Notes under the pieces: model-generated
The model's input: only the letters and a program-made list of their open reading frames with translations
The model's database searches: none
Told to the model about the DNA's origin: nothing
Part shown: positions 46,427-57,258 of the stretch, piece after piece
Position numbering within the stretch: the stretch's first letter is position 1
Layout of the letters: each line of letters opens with the position of its first letter
Assembly: GCA_004524445.1 (NCBI GenBank)
Contig: SDNP01000008.1
Span: 29,080 to 93,079, forward strand
Direction of reading: 5' to 3'
Source of the DNA: Candidatus Thorarchaeota archaeon
GTDB lineage: Archaea; Asgardarchaeota; Thorarchaeia; Thorarchaeales; Thorarchaeaceae
DNA: 64,000 nucleotides
Program-made: the position numbers and the translations under genes

Positions 46427-47782
46427 ATGCGCGCCTTCACAAATAAAATAGTGACTGCATGGATTATAATAGCGCTCGTTACTCCCTTTGTTTTTTTTCC
46501 GTCAATTTCAGCTTACCAGCCAGGTGACGAAGAAGAGATTTTCGGGCATACATTTGATGAGGAGTATTGGACAAATGATTCGATTTCTGTTGAAACAAGC
46601 GGCGGAAATGCTAGTTTCACCACATCCTATGTGAATCAGGATAACTTCTCTGCGTTTCTCATTGCATTCAATCGAATTGTAACAAACGATAGCACAGAGA
46701 TAATTTTGCCATATCAGCTATTCGGAATGAATTACTTGACGCCAGAAGGCAAAGAGGTCTTCATCGGGTCAATCTTTGCGTTCCTTCTTGTGCATAATGA
46801 AACATATGGAGACAATAACTTACCAGATATCGGAAATGAGAATGCATGGTATGTTGTGCCTATGTCAACTGGCAACCCATGGGAGGACGTTTCTCCTGAT
46901 GTTGAATCTATACCTGTCGAAAAAATCGAAGAGGGTCATTACCGGTTTGGTATGAGATACATAAACATGACAGCTAGGGTGGTATCAACCGGAGGAGGGT
47001 TCCTTCTGAGCTTGCTATTGCCATTCATGACTGTTCTGTTTAGCGAGATTGTTGTAGAATATGACATTCAAATTGACCAGACAACCGGTGAGGTTCACGC
47101 TGAAACAATATACACCATAGGCCAGGTGAAACGAGCACGAGTTGGCTTGCAGGAAAAGGACCCCTCTGAAGTCATCACCGATAATATGGAGATAAGTGCC
47201 GTCCATTATCTATCCACTTTTGAGAGCAACTATAATTTAACGCAATCATCCAGCGGAAATAGCATTCAACCGCCAACAAGCACCGACCTATTAGATGATA
47301 ATCTAACTATCACAATTGGTGATAACCAAGAACGGGCATTCGATATCGGATTAGGCAGAGACTATGACCTCATCAATGAAACTACGGATGAGGTAATACT
47401 AGAAAATCAGGATGCTCTTAATGCATTGCTTGCCACTCAGCCAGGGGACTTTCTTCTAATTGCATGGCAGGCCCCTCTCTCTGCTTTTCTCTTTGCGCAC
47501 ATGGCATATGGGCTTTCAGCAACAGTTCGAGATAGATATGATAATCCAGGAAAACTCGCGGCTAACGCAACGAATGCATTCCACAGTAGTCAGTGGTGGT
47601 ATTCAGTGACATTCCCCGAATGGAATGGATTGAGAGTCCAACAGGATCCAGTCTATACCGCATATACGAATCTGGGATTGGGTATCCTCCCTGGACCCTC
47701 CGAGGGAAATAATTTCCTTCTTTTTATAGGAATTGGCCTTGTTGCAATAATCGCTGTCGTCTGGGTTCTAAGAAGAAGATAA
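46427..47782 (+). CDS. Secreted, C-terminally membrane-anchored surface protein
   Basis: Signal peptide, several N-x-S/T sequons, C-terminal TM followed by RRR. Confidence 0.7.
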   Translation: MRAFTNKIVTAWIIIALVTPFVFFPSISAYQPGDEEEIFGHTFDEEYWTNDSISVETSGGNASFTTSYVNQDNFSAFLIAFNRIVTNDSTEIILPYQLFGMNYLTPEGKEVFIGSIFAFLLVHNETYGDNNLPDIGNENAWYVVPMSTGNPWEDVSPDVESIPVEKIEEGHYRFGMRYINMTARVVSTGGGFLLSLLLPFMTVLFSEIVVEYDIQIDQTTGEVHAETIYTIGQVKRARVGLQEKDPSEVITDNMEISAVHYLSTFESNYNLTQSSSGNSIQPPTSTDLLDDNLTITIGDNQERAFDIGLGRDYDLINETTDEVILENQDALNALLATQPGDFLLIAWQAPLSAFLFAHMAYGLSATVRDRYDNPGKLAANATNAFHSSQWWYSVTFPEWNGLRVQQDPVYTAYTNLGLGILPGPSEGNNFLLFIGIGLVAIIAVVWVLRRR

Positions 47783-47793
47783 TGAAAAACACC

Positions 47794-47838
47794 ACTTCGG
47801 ACCCCGTTTCTGGGGTTCGGAGTCAGATTCTTTTTTTT
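47794..47838 (+). terminator. Hairpin plus T-tract between convergent genes
   Basis: ACTTCGGACCCC-gtttct-GGGGTTCGGAGT stem with G-U pairs, followed by T8. Confidence 0.6.
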
Positions 47839-47869
47839 GTTAATTTTAATTCTATCAGGTATTAGGCCA

Positions 47870-48436
47870 TCAATCATCAATCATGGTACCAGGCGGATAT
47901 TCCTTCATGAACTCATCTCGAAGAATATCCATATACAGCAGTCCCTTGTATTCGCCATCCACAAACTCAGTTTCTCGGAAGACTCCAACCTTCTTGAATC
48001 CCGCTTTCTCAGCCACATGTATTGCACGGGTGTTATCGTCCATAGTATCCAGATAGATGCTATGGAGTCCTAGTACATGAAATCCAAACCAAAGCATAAG
48101 CCGAGTGGTATCCGTCCCATAACCCATTGAGCGTTTATCTGGAACATAGATTGATACTCCGATAGAGGCACGCATATGAGGGACTTTGACGTCATAGAAA
48201 CGAGCTATACCCAAGAAGCTGCGGCTTTCTTTACCGAGTACTGCAAAATACACTCTTCCGTCACGCCAGGGGTCCAGCCTGATACTTTTCTCAAGCCATT
48301 CCCTCATGACCTCCCGAGACTTCGGAATAGGAACACCCATCCATCTTCTCAATTCCCACTGATTATACGATTCCATAATTGGGTCTAAATCGGATATTGC
48401 CAATGCTCGGAGATAGACAAGTCTTCCATTATACAT
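47870..48436 (-). CDS. RimJ/RimL-type GNAT acetyltransferase
   Basis: 'RSMGYGT', 'N.RAI...EKAGF...G..RE'. Start placed at ATG 48436 (MYNGRLVYLR). Confidence 0.85.
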   Translation of the reverse strand: MYNGRLVYLRALAISDLDPIMESYNQWELRRWMGVPIPKSREVMREWLEKSIRLDPWRDGRVYFAVLGKESRSFLGIARFYDVKVPHMRASIGVSIYVPDKRSMGYGTDTTRLMLWFGFHVLGLHSIYLDTMDDNTRAIHVAEKAGFKKVGVFRETEFVDGEYKGLLYMDILRDEFMKEYPPGTMIDD

Positions 48437-48762
48437 AGGCTGATGAAGGTCTGGGCATTGATAAATCTCGTCAAAAACGGTTCTGAGTCCCTTTTTCCCG
48501 ATGAATTGCACTCTGCTCCATCCACTTTTTCAGAATCGAGCTCACAGGCAAATTATCCAACCAAGATGTGTCCTAATAGAATCCATTATGCCTGATTGTG
48601 GTATATTCATCTAATACATCGCAACGATCCTCAGTGATATCACCAAAGAAAAGGTGTACCAAGAAGTTGTAGCTGGATACCAGCTCTGCAAATTCTTCAT
48701 GTTTCAATTCAGAGAAAGTGAGACCGGACAATATAGCCTGATCAATGACGATAACGTATTTT

Positions 48763-49446
48763 TCATTCTATCTCATCTATGGGCTTGATAGCAAGGGGTC
48801 CTTCGTTGCTCGGATCATTGACGTATGTTGACACCTCGAAACTTGTCATGAATTCATCAGGATGAGGGTCCAGAATATCCAGGAGGTCAGCCTCTTTTGC
48901 TTCTGGGTCGAGCCACAATTCCTCCTCTCCCTCCGCAAGTATGACTGGCATCCTAGTGTGCACTCTCTCGACAGTTTGGTTTGGCGTTGTGGTGGCAAAT
49001 GTAACGCTGTATATTCTACTCTGCTCATCTTCTGAAACCCATTTCTCATAAATGCCGGGAAAGGAAAATAGATTTCTCTCATTCAAATGAAAGTAGTAGG
49101 GGGTTTTTGAACCGGGATCTCCCTTCCATTCATAGAAACCACTTGCCGGAACTAGACACCTGCGTTTCTGAAAAGCATATTTGAACATTCGTTTCTCGAT
49201 TATGGTTTCAGCCCTAACATTTATTGGTGAATAATCGGGCTCATCAGGATTCTCTGTCCAGAATGGAATCAACCCCCACCGCATAGACATCATTACTCGG
49301 GAGCCATCATCTCCGTGAAGAATCACCGCTATTTTCTGTTCTGGAGATATGTTGTATTGAGGCTGTGGAGTATATTCAAATCGGTCAATCTCAAATCGTT
49401 CTCGCAATAGCTCCTGATGAGCCAGTAGTGAGAATCGACCACACAT
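48763..49446 (-). CDS. SRAP/HMCES abasic-site protection protein
   Basis: N-terminal MCGR (catalytic Cys2, which fixes the start), 'WGLIP', 'RRCLVPASGFYEW', 'H.RMPVIL'. Confidence 0.92.
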   Translation of the reverse strand: MCGRFSLLAHQELLRERFEIDRFEYTPQPQYNISPEQKIAVILHGDDGSRVMMSMRWGLIPFWTENPDEPDYSPINVRAETIIEKRMFKYAFQKRRCLVPASGFYEWKGDPGSKTPYYFHLNERNLFSFPGIYEKWVSEDEQSRIYSVTFATTTPNQTVERVHTRMPVILAEGEEELWLDPEAKEADLLDILDPHPDEFMTSFEVSTYVNDPSNEGPLAIKPIDEIE

Positions 49447-49610
49447 ACCAGAATCATCGTATTTTCCGGCAAAAAGCATTGACATACGGTAGCAAAGACC
49501 TGCTTAATGCCACATGATTAACCGTGGTTTACGCATCGATGAGTGGTCTGTCATTATAGAGCAGGCGTATAGATCTGTTAGCATACTATGCTTACTTGCC
49601 TAGTCAATTA

Positions 49611-50573
49611 CTACCGTCGGTAGATTACGACTACAGCTGCAATGATCGCAAGGAGAATTCCCGTGCCAATAAGCACGAAATATTCTAGGTTGGGGATTAG
49701 CGTATCTTGACCGCTACTTGAGTCGTTATCATTTGTGTGCCCTGTTGTTGGTTGATCTTCATCCGCCAACGCAGCTGCAAGGCACCAAAAAGCCCGTGCC
49801 TTTTGCTCACAGCTGGAATAGGTGGTATGACCAGCCTCGTTTCCATTGAAATTTTCATGTTCAAGAGGGATAGTGTATGATTCGTTCCCGTCAGAATACT
49901 CGTATGTATTTTGTTCTCCTTCAGACCAACTATCCAAGTCAGCAAAATCAAAAAGCACTTTGTCATAATTGCGGCAAAATTCTCTAATAATCTCATTATT
50001 TTGCCATCGATTGAATCCTTCTGCTCCCCTGGCCTGTGCATTACAGGTCATGTATACATAGACCACATCGGGATTGTCAGCTTCCAAAGATTGTATGGCC
50101 TCAGGATATTCCTCAAGCTGTGATTCGTCATAGTAGTTTAGTTGCATACACCAAGACCACAATGAAACCGTGATAGAAGGACTAGCATCAAGAGTATCTT
50201 GCGTAAGAAGAAGCCCCTCTCTAGTCTGCCAATGAAGGTCAGGCATTATATATATGTGCGGTGGATTTCCGTCTAGAATGCAAAGAGAATCATTAGTCGT
50301 GGGTAGTTGGTCTGAGCGTTGCTCTTGAGAATATTTTGAGTCTGAGTTTTCCAGTCTGTCAAGACCAGTTGTAATTTGTGATCCATGACTAGTTTGGCAA
50401 TAGTGAATCTTAACCTCATCTGTAGCCACCGATAGCGAATTGACCGAAATCGACTCAATATCCAAACAAGAGTGGTCGATAATTAGCTCTCCCTCGAATT
50501 GAGGTGCAGCATATTGACCATTGGCTTGCAACCAATAATGGCTGGAATTGCTGCTAATGGGTGCTAATAGCAT
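49611..50573 (-). CDS. Secreted protein with C-terminal TM anchor (5' end possibly frameshifted)
   Basis: 'TSHGSQI..G', 'WSWC', 'LFDFAD', C-terminal TM followed by RR. The upstream signal-like sequence is out of frame. Confidence 0.6.
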   Translation of the reverse strand: MLLAPISSNSSHYWLQANGQYAAPQFEGELIIDHSCLDIESISVNSLSVATDEVKIHYCQTSHGSQITTGLDRLENSDSKYSQEQRSDQLPTTNDSLCILDGNPPHIYIMPDLHWQTREGLLLTQDTLDASPSITVSLWSWCMQLNYYDESQLEEYPEAIQSLEADNPDVVYVYMTCNAQARGAEGFNRWQNNEIIREFCRNYDKVLFDFADLDSWSEGEQNTYEYSDGNESYTIPLEHENFNGNEAGHTTYSSCEQKARAFWCLAAALADEDQPTTGHTNDNDSSSGQDTLIPNLEYFVLIGTGILLAIIAAVVVIYRR

Positions 50574-50690
50574 CAGAGTCAGAAGTCAGTGCAAAGAAGG
50601 TGACACGCGTCTTGATAAATACACTATCGTAAACCTAATTCTATCTTTCTTGTTCCTATTTTGGACATTCACATTTGGGGCATCAACGAA

Positions 50691-52550
50691 TCATAGGAAC
50701 TGGACGGGAGAGATGATGTCCCCGAATTTCGCCCTTGCCTGTTCGAGCCGTTCCTGTTGCTCGTCCAATAGTCGGTAGAGAATATCAGGCACATTTTCTA
50801 CGCTGTCCTGATATATCTCCCGAATACGAACTATTTTTGCAATCAACTCTGGAACTCTTACCGCAAACTGTGTTTCATAGTCCTCTTCCGAATACACTTT
50901 GCCCAAGTGTGTTTCAAACAGCCGCTTGAGGTCGGAGTACAGAGGAATATAACCTGTGGGAGTTCTTATGGCGTCTGCTTCCTTATGAATTCTCAAATCC
51001 ATCCACTGTAACCAGACACGTTTGTCCTCCTTTGCATTCAGATAGTTTCCGCCATCGTCCTTTAAGAAATAATTCACTGCAAAAATCCTAGGAGCTTTGG
51101 GTACGAATTCACCAAAGTGAAGATGATTCTGAATATAATCACCCAAGGGAATCGACACAAAATCCATATTTGAGAACGGCTGGAATTTTCTTACGCCGCT
51201 CTTCCCAAGAGTGGCAGCTGTTGTTTCTGATTCCAAGGAAGCACCCATCGTGATGACACCATGAGCCCAACTGAATGATTGTTGAACAGGCACCCAAGTG
51301 TCAGGGTCTCTGCCTCCATAGATAATCCCGCCTATCGGTACGCCATTGGGTTTGTCTAAACCATCGTCCAAATTTGGCAAGCCTTCAAGCTTGATTGTGT
51401 AGCGGGCATTCTTATGAGATGGTAAAATCTCCTCACCATTAGCATCGACTTTGCCCTCATACCATATTCCGGAGTGATTTACTCCTCGTTTGGGGGTTTC
51501 CCTGCCGTCATCAAGCCAATACGGCACCCCATCGTGAACAAGCACGTTGGAGAATATGGCAGGCCGGTCTGAATGTAAGACATTCCAGATAATCGGATCA
51601 CTCTCTTGTGAAACCGACCGTATGATTCCAAATATACCGCTTTCGACGTTTACTCCCCTGATTTCATCATCTATGGTCTTCAGATAAGCAATGTCATCGC
51701 CTACTATTGTTGCACCGGGAACCATGGATGTACTCGTCTTTCCACAGCCGCTCGGGAAAGCTCCTGTGAAGTATGTCTTCCTCTCGTCTGGCCCATGAAC
51801 CGCCATCAAGAACATGTGCTCTGCGAGCCAATCCTCTCGGTCTGCCTTTCGGATTGCAAGTCGGAGTGCCAATTTCTTTAGACCGATGGTGTTACCGGCA
51901 TATTGAGTATTTACGCTATAGACGGTATTCTCCTTATAGTCAATAGCAACCCCCCGCTTATCCCAATCAATACTTGTCGCATGAACCAATTTTCCTGAGG
52001 AGTGGAGCATCCAGAAAATCTCAGCGTCATTTGGCAGTTTCTTGAAATACTCGTAGCCCTGTCGGTAGAGAAGATCTTCACTATGCGCAACATAAAACGA
52101 GTCTGTAATCTGAACACAGGGAACAGAAAATGGCGAGTCAACCGGACCCAAACAGAAGAAACGAACTACCAGTTTCTTGTTATGCATACTTCCCTTTAGG
52201 CGTCTCTTGACCATGTCCAAACCTTCTTGGCGGTCCATTTGGAACAGCTGGTCTCCCAGGCTTTCACTCTTCGGGACTAGATAGACGGTCCGTTCTTTGT
52301 CCCGTGCCTGGTCATAGAAACCATCAAAGTGAACTGTATGATTAGGATTAGCAAGCTCAGTTTCTTCTCCGCGAGCTACGGCGGTTTTCCGAATATAACT
52401 GATATCTTCTTCTTTATCACTACATACGAAGACCTTCATGGGTTCACAGAGGTCGATAGCATTAGCAACAAAATCGTGAACCCGATGATTTCGGATCTTC
52501 ATCAGTTTTCTAAAATTGGAATCATTAAGAGACCGGTCCAGAATCTCCAT
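50691..52550 (-). CDS. pckG: GTP-dependent phosphoenolpyruvate carboxykinase
   Basis: 'YAGN..GLKK', 'WLAEHM', 'AFPSGCGKTS', 'VGDDIA', 'H.NARY', 'YGGR'. Start placed at ATG 52550. Confidence 0.93.
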   Translation of the reverse strand: MEILDRSLNDSNFRKLMKIRNHRVHDFVANAIDLCEPMKVFVCSDKEEDISYIRKTAVARGEETELANPNHTVHFDGFYDQARDKERTVYLVPKSESLGDQLFQMDRQEGLDMVKRRLKGSMHNKKLVVRFFCLGPVDSPFSVPCVQITDSFYVAHSEDLLYRQGYEYFKKLPNDAEIFWMLHSSGKLVHATSIDWDKRGVAIDYKENTVYSVNTQYAGNTIGLKKLALRLAIRKADREDWLAEHMFLMAVHGPDERKTYFTGAFPSGCGKTSTSMVPGATIVGDDIAYLKTIDDEIRGVNVESGIFGIIRSVSQESDPIIWNVLHSDRPAIFSNVLVHDGVPYWLDDGRETPKRGVNHSGIWYEGKVDANGEEILPSHKNARYTIKLEGLPNLDDGLDKPNGVPIGGIIYGGRDPDTWVPVQQSFSWAHGVITMGASLESETTAATLGKSGVRKFQPFSNMDFVSIPLGDYIQNHLHFGEFVPKAPRIFAVNYFLKDDGGNYLNAKEDKRVWLQWMDLRIHKEADAIRTPTGYIPLYSDLKRLFETHLGKVYSEEDYETQFAVRVPELIAKIVRIREIYQDSVENVPDILYRLLDEQQERLEQARAKFGDIISPVQFL

Positions 52551-52811
52551 GGTATCAAGCAGTTTGCACACCTCAACAGGACGGTATAGCCCTGACATAT
52601 TGTGCTTCAGAAGTGTGTTTATAATTTCACCGTCAGTTGCAAAAGATTTACGATGATTTGCAGTAGCTTTGGAGCAAGGAGTGACCACGTCCAATATGTT
52701 CAATCATGCAGGTCGGCTAAAGCAAGACTGATTAAGCACATCGTTTGAGTCGAGTTGTAGGGCATCACCTTGTTGATGCCTAGTTGTACTCAAGCCAACT
52801 GGTGACAAATA

Positions 52812-54995
52812 TTGACTATCAAGGAATTCGAATACGAAATCCCCAAGTTAGAGCACGGCTACAATAATCAGACGCTCTACGTCAACCTGTCTGACAATTC
52901 TATCGAAATCAAGCCGGTTGATGGAAAAATGAAAGAGGCATTTACCGGAGGTAAGGGTTTCGACCTTTGGTTAATGTGGAACAGCCTACCTAATGACAGG
53001 ATTGTAAAATGGAATGACGAAGAGAATGTTCTCTGCATCGCTTGCGGTCCGCTAGGCGGGGTGACGATGTATCCAGGTGCAGGTAAATCTATAGTTACAA
53101 CAATCTCACCCGCAACTGGCATTCCCATTGACAGCAATGTCGGAGGCTATTTTGGACCTAACCTGAAATTTGCTGGGTTTGATGCCATGCAGATTCAGGG
53201 CAAAGCAAAGAACGACATCTACATTTTCATCGATGGCGATAAGGGCAAAATCGAGATACATGACGCAAGTGACCTTCCAGACACTGCTTACGAAATCACA
53301 CGAATCCTGAGTGAGCGACATACTGAGAAAAAAGGAAAAGATATGTCTGTTGTCGCCGCTGGCCCTGCTGCAGACCATGCCTGGATGGGCTGCCTCAATT
53401 TTTCGTGGTGGGACATGAGGCGAAACCTCCCACGTTACAAGCAAGCTGGAAGGGGAGGAACTGGAACGGTTTTCCGCAATAAGAAAATCAAAGCCCTTGT
53501 TGCGAAACTGGACAGGATCACTCTTGACATGAATAACCCAGCTGACCCTGATGAGTTGAAAGATGTTGGCAGGAGCCACTCTCGGGAGATACTTCAGCTT
53601 GACGAAAAACAGAACCGCATGAGAGAGATTGGAACTGCTCATCTACCATCTATCATGAATGAGTTCGATTTACTCCCGACTAGAAATTTCAGAACTGGTA
53701 GCGACCCCGAAGCCAAGAACCTGTTTGGAAATGTTTGGGAGAAGAGCTATACCAATGAAGGTAAGGGATGGGACGGCTGTTGGAGACCCTGTGCCATCAA
53801 TTGTTCTCATTGTATTGAGGACTTCGAGATTCGTACCGGTGATTTTGCCGGCCAGAAGGTTGTTGTCGATGGTCCGGAATATGAAACAATCGCGGGTTGC
53901 GGTTCTAACATTGGTGTCTTCGACCCAAAGTGGGTAGCGGAGATAAACTTCTATTGCGATGCGTACGGCATCGATACTATCAGCTTTGGCACAACCATGG
54001 GATTTGTCATGGAGCTGTTCGAGGGAGGACATATCGATGAGGAAGCAACCGGTGGTCATACCTTGAATTGGGGTGCCGCAGAGGAGGCTCTTGCAGTGCT
54101 ACATGAGATGGCATCTGGAGAAAGCTTTGGTGGAAATCATTTTGGAAAGGGTGTTCGATATCTGAAGAAATACTTCGGTATTGAATTTGGCGTTGACCAA
54201 GACCTCATGCATGACATTGGGATGGAACACAAGGGCCTCGAATACAGCGAGTATGTGACTAAGGAGAGCTTGGCTCAGCAGGGTGGTTACGGGCTTACAC
54301 TGAAAGGGCCACAGCATGACGAAGCATGGCTCATCTTTCTTGATATGGTTCATAACTATATGCCAACTTTCGAAGACAAAGCAGAGGCACTCTATTGGTT
54401 CCCGATGTGGAGAACATGGTTCGGCTTGAATGGGCTTTGCAAACTGCCATGGAATGACGTTGTACCTGCAGATAATGCGGAGACCGATGAACCATCGAAG
54501 GTCCCGAAGCACTTGGAATACTACGCTCGCTTCTTCCAATCCATGACCGGCAGGGAAACGGAACCAGATGACCTCATCAAGATGTCAGAAAAGGTCTACA
54601 ACTTCCAGCGCATTTTCAACATCAGGCAGGGTAAGGGTCTGAGACTGCATGACTCCTACATACCCTATAGAAGCATGGGGCCAGTAACCGATTCGGAATA
54701 TGAGAGTCGTCAAGAACGTTATGACGAGCAGCTGAAGGAATTGGGCATTGATATTAAAGACATGACTATCACTGAGAGAAAAGACAGGCTCCGTGAGCAT
54801 CGAGAAGAGATGTATCGGCAGCTGACTGATGCAGCCTACAAGCGAAGAGGCTGGACACGTAATGGTGTACCAACCATGGAGAAGGTCGAAGAGCTCGGTA
54901 TTGACTTTCCATCTGTTGTTGAATGGGTCAAGAAGTTTGAGGATTCTAAACCTCCCGAGGATACATTGCCTGAGAGCAACGAGGCCTGGAAGTAA
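52812..54995 (+). CDS. aor: Second AOR-family tungsten oxidoreductase
   Basis: 'AGRGGTG.V', 'C..PCAINC', 'DGPEYET', 'CDAYGIDTIS', 'GLCKLPW'. Confidence 0.9.
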   Translation: MTIKEFEYEIPKLEHGYNNQTLYVNLSDNSIEIKPVDGKMKEAFTGGKGFDLWLMWNSLPNDRIVKWNDEENVLCIACGPLGGVTMYPGAGKSIVTTISPATGIPIDSNVGGYFGPNLKFAGFDAMQIQGKAKNDIYIFIDGDKGKIEIHDASDLPDTAYEITRILSERHTEKKGKDMSVVAAGPAADHAWMGCLNFSWWDMRRNLPRYKQAGRGGTGTVFRNKKIKALVAKLDRITLDMNNPADPDELKDVGRSHSREILQLDEKQNRMREIGTAHLPSIMNEFDLLPTRNFRTGSDPEAKNLFGNVWEKSYTNEGKGWDGCWRPCAINCSHCIEDFEIRTGDFAGQKVVVDGPEYETIAGCGSNIGVFDPKWVAEINFYCDAYGIDTISFGTTMGFVMELFEGGHIDEEATGGHTLNWGAAEEALAVLHEMASGESFGGNHFGKGVRYLKKYFGIEFGVDQDLMHDIGMEHKGLEYSEYVTKESLAQQGGYGLTLKGPQHDEAWLIFLDMVHNYMPTFEDKAEALYWFPMWRTWFGLNGLCKLPWNDVVPADNAETDEPSKVPKHLEYYARFFQSMTGRETEPDDLIKMSEKVYNFQRIFNIRQGKGLRLHDSYIPYRSMGPVTDSEYESRQERYDEQLKELGIDIKDMTITERKDRLREHREEMYRQLTDAAYKRRGWTRNGVPTMEKVEELGIDFPSVVEWVKKFEDSKPPEDTLPESNEAWK

Positions 54996-55006
54996 GCTGT
55001 AACCAG

Positions 55007-55048
55007 CAAGGAAGGTTTCAGCTGATGCCTTCCTGCGTCTCCCTTTTT
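55007..55048 (+). terminator. Hairpin plus T-run after the second AOR gene
   Basis: AGGAAGG...CCTTCCT stem followed by a TTTTT run. Confidence 0.45.
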
Positions 55049-55095
55049 CGCTGAATACATCCACAGATTTAGATTACGATTTTTGCGCTCTTAGG

Positions 55096-56256
55096 TCACA
55101 CCATCTGTCCTATTGCATTTCTTGCCCTGTTTTCCATTTGCTCCACCCGGCGTAGATGCCACCCATCAATTCCCTGCTTGAGCAAGTCAACATTATTCAA
55201 GATTTCAATCGAAGGTCGGGTTCTGATATATCGCAGTATTCTATACCGACTATAATGGGTGTTGCTTACGCACATTTCCGAGAGCCGCGTTGTCACACTC
55301 TCTCCGGCCAGCGTACTCATGGCTTTGAGAGCGCTTGCACCCCAATTCCTACCTTTGCTTACAAATGGTAAGAGGACATCAAGAGATTCCTCGAGTCCAA
55401 TCGCTCCAAGAACCCGGAATATTTTCACTGCAGTATAGTAGTATTTGGTTTGTGATAGGAACTCATGAAGATACGGTGCTACAACCGAATGGGCATGTTT
55501 CTCCAGAAACGCTGCAGATTTCCTCACAGTCTGCTTTCCCTTGTATGTCTTTAGTTTAAGCAGATGCCAAAGCAATTCTCGTGTTCGCTTGGAGCAATTC
55601 TTGAAACCTGAAATACTCCCGCCAAGCTGGAGGGGTGACGAGTCAATCTCAAGGTCGCAACCGATATTTCCAGCAACATCAGACATAACTTCACGCAAAC
55701 TCTTGTGATCGGGGCTTCGTCGAGAAGTCAGTACACCCCCACTACTAAAAACGTAATAGCCGTATGCGGTCTGAACAGCATCCCAGATACTCACGGGGGA
55801 CTTCAGATCATCGATTTCTTCTTTTCTGGCGTTGAGGACGGATTTGGTCAATAGTACAAACGGACCTAATGCCATTTCCTTCACGTCTAGAAAGAACGTA
55901 TTTCTCACGCTGATCATGTTTTCAAGGACTTCTAATGCTTTTTCACTTCCAATACGCTTCAACTCAGAAGCTTTATCTCCCGCTACTTCTTTCTGGCGAA
56001 TCCATTCAAGTGGGTCGATTTCAATACCACGGACCGTGTCCAGGCCCAGAATGTGAAGAAGACCATCTCTCAATCTGCTGGCTGGCAAATCGCCCGTCTT
56101 ACTCAGTAAGATTTTCCTAAGGCACGGCCAGCCCCATTCTGCAAGTTCATCGTCAACGAGATTGTCTAGAAGACCATAGTCACGCCAATATATTGCATCT
56201 TTGATGCCCGCTTCTTGGTTCATAAGTCTCCCACGATTGTGTAGTGGAGTATCCAT
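55096..56256 (-). CDS. Hypothetical protein with C-terminal HEAT-like repeats
   Basis: 'VLGAIGLEESLDVLL', 'ALKAMSTLAGE' helical repeats. Confidence 0.55.
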   Translation of the reverse strand: MDTPLHNRGRLMNQEAGIKDAIYWRDYGLLDNLVDDELAEWGWPCLRKILLSKTGDLPASRLRDGLLHILGLDTVRGIEIDPLEWIRQKEVAGDKASELKRIGSEKALEVLENMISVRNTFFLDVKEMALGPFVLLTKSVLNARKEEIDDLKSPVSIWDAVQTAYGYYVFSSGGVLTSRRSPDHKSLREVMSDVAGNIGCDLEIDSSPLQLGGSISGFKNCSKRTRELLWHLLKLKTYKGKQTVRKSAAFLEKHAHSVVAPYLHEFLSQTKYYYTAVKIFRVLGAIGLEESLDVLLPFVSKGRNWGASALKAMSTLAGESVTTRLSEMCVSNTHYSRYRILRYIRTRPSIEILNNVDLLKQGIDGWHLRRVEQMENRARNAIGQMV

Positions 56257-56443
56257 AAAAACTACACTAGGCTCTTAGGATTCATGAAAGCAGATGAATA
56301 CGAAGAGCAAAATCTGAATTATGTGGATAGCAGAATCATTTCGTAGATAGTAAGAGAGAATCAGGTGCTAGCAAGGAAGTTCAATAAATGGGAGCCTGCT
56401 GGAGGACTTTGCTTCCAGCCGTGCTAATATTGCAGAACAACAA

Positions 56444-57136
56444 TCACACAGTGCTTCGATGCGGCCTTGGGCTAAGCCTCAACGTTTCAGCGCGTGGATC
56501 TTTTGGTTCATGACGGCTACTTACTTGCCGCTTCACTTTTTCATATTCATCTTCACAAGTGGATTCCAGCTGGAACTTGCTATACTTCAACTGAATTTTC
56601 TCTTTCGAGATGTTTTCAATGAATGCCATGGGCACAAGCAGGTCGATGTCAGGTTGTACACCAACCTTCTCAAGCGTTTCTTCAATGAATCCGCCACCAA
56701 GCACTAACCACGGTTTCCCCTCTATATCATACCAAATATCAATGACCGTGCCAATTCTAAAGCCGTCAGAATCATATACCCGAATCTTCGCGAGTTTGGA
56801 TAAGCGCATTTCATTCTCGCCCACTGCACCCTCATCAAGTGTATTTTTGAGGGAATTGGCAGGTACACTGAGATTTACTTCTTCATCAATGCTGCTAATG
56901 CAGTCCATTTGAAAAATCGGATCTTTATCTGGCTTGATTCCTATTGATTCCATAATCTCCTCGATTCTTCCACCGGCTATGACAACTGATTTCAAAACTA
57001 CTTCCTTCTCCGAAATCTCAACAATAAAATCGTCAACCTTGCCAATCTTAGTACCTTCTGAATCCAAAACTGGTTTGTGCTTTAATTGACTGAATCTCAT
57101 TCCACAGCATTTGTACATCTTACTCACCCATGACAT
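56444..57136 (-). CDS. Tandem PRC-barrel domain protein
   Basis: Two repeats 'V.DS.G..IG.V.D' with an internal duplication. The likely start is MRFSQL. Confidence 0.85.
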   Translation of the reverse strand: MSWVSKMYKCCGMRFSQLKHKPVLDSEGTKIGKVDDFIVEISEKEVVLKSVVIAGGRIEEIMESIGIKPDKDPIFQMDCISSIDEEVNLSVPANSLKNTLDEGAVGENEMRLSKLAKIRVYDSDGFRIGTVIDIWYDIEGKPWLVLGGGFIEETLEKVGVQPDIDLLVPMAFIENISKEKIQLKYSKFQLESTCEDEYEKVKRQVSSRHEPKDPRAETLRLSPRPHRSTV

Positions 57137-57258
57137 TAACTATTGTTAATATAGAACCGGGTTTGCCATATAAGCTTACCTAACCCGTTCTACTTCGGTT
57201 GTTGACCACGCTGTAATAAAGGATTGTGTTAGACTTGGAAGTAATCGTAATGTAGTTT

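Noticed and set aside
50574-50625. In-frame TGA (50588-50586) upstream of the 49611-50573 ORF as a Sec candidate
   Set aside because: It lies in a signal-peptide-like region with no redox motif and no SECIS seen. A 1-nt frameshift or decay explains it better.
54585-55064. Long antisense ORFs over the AOR, Hdr and other genes
   Set aside because: They fully overlap well-supported genes on the opposite strand and contain no recognisable motifs.
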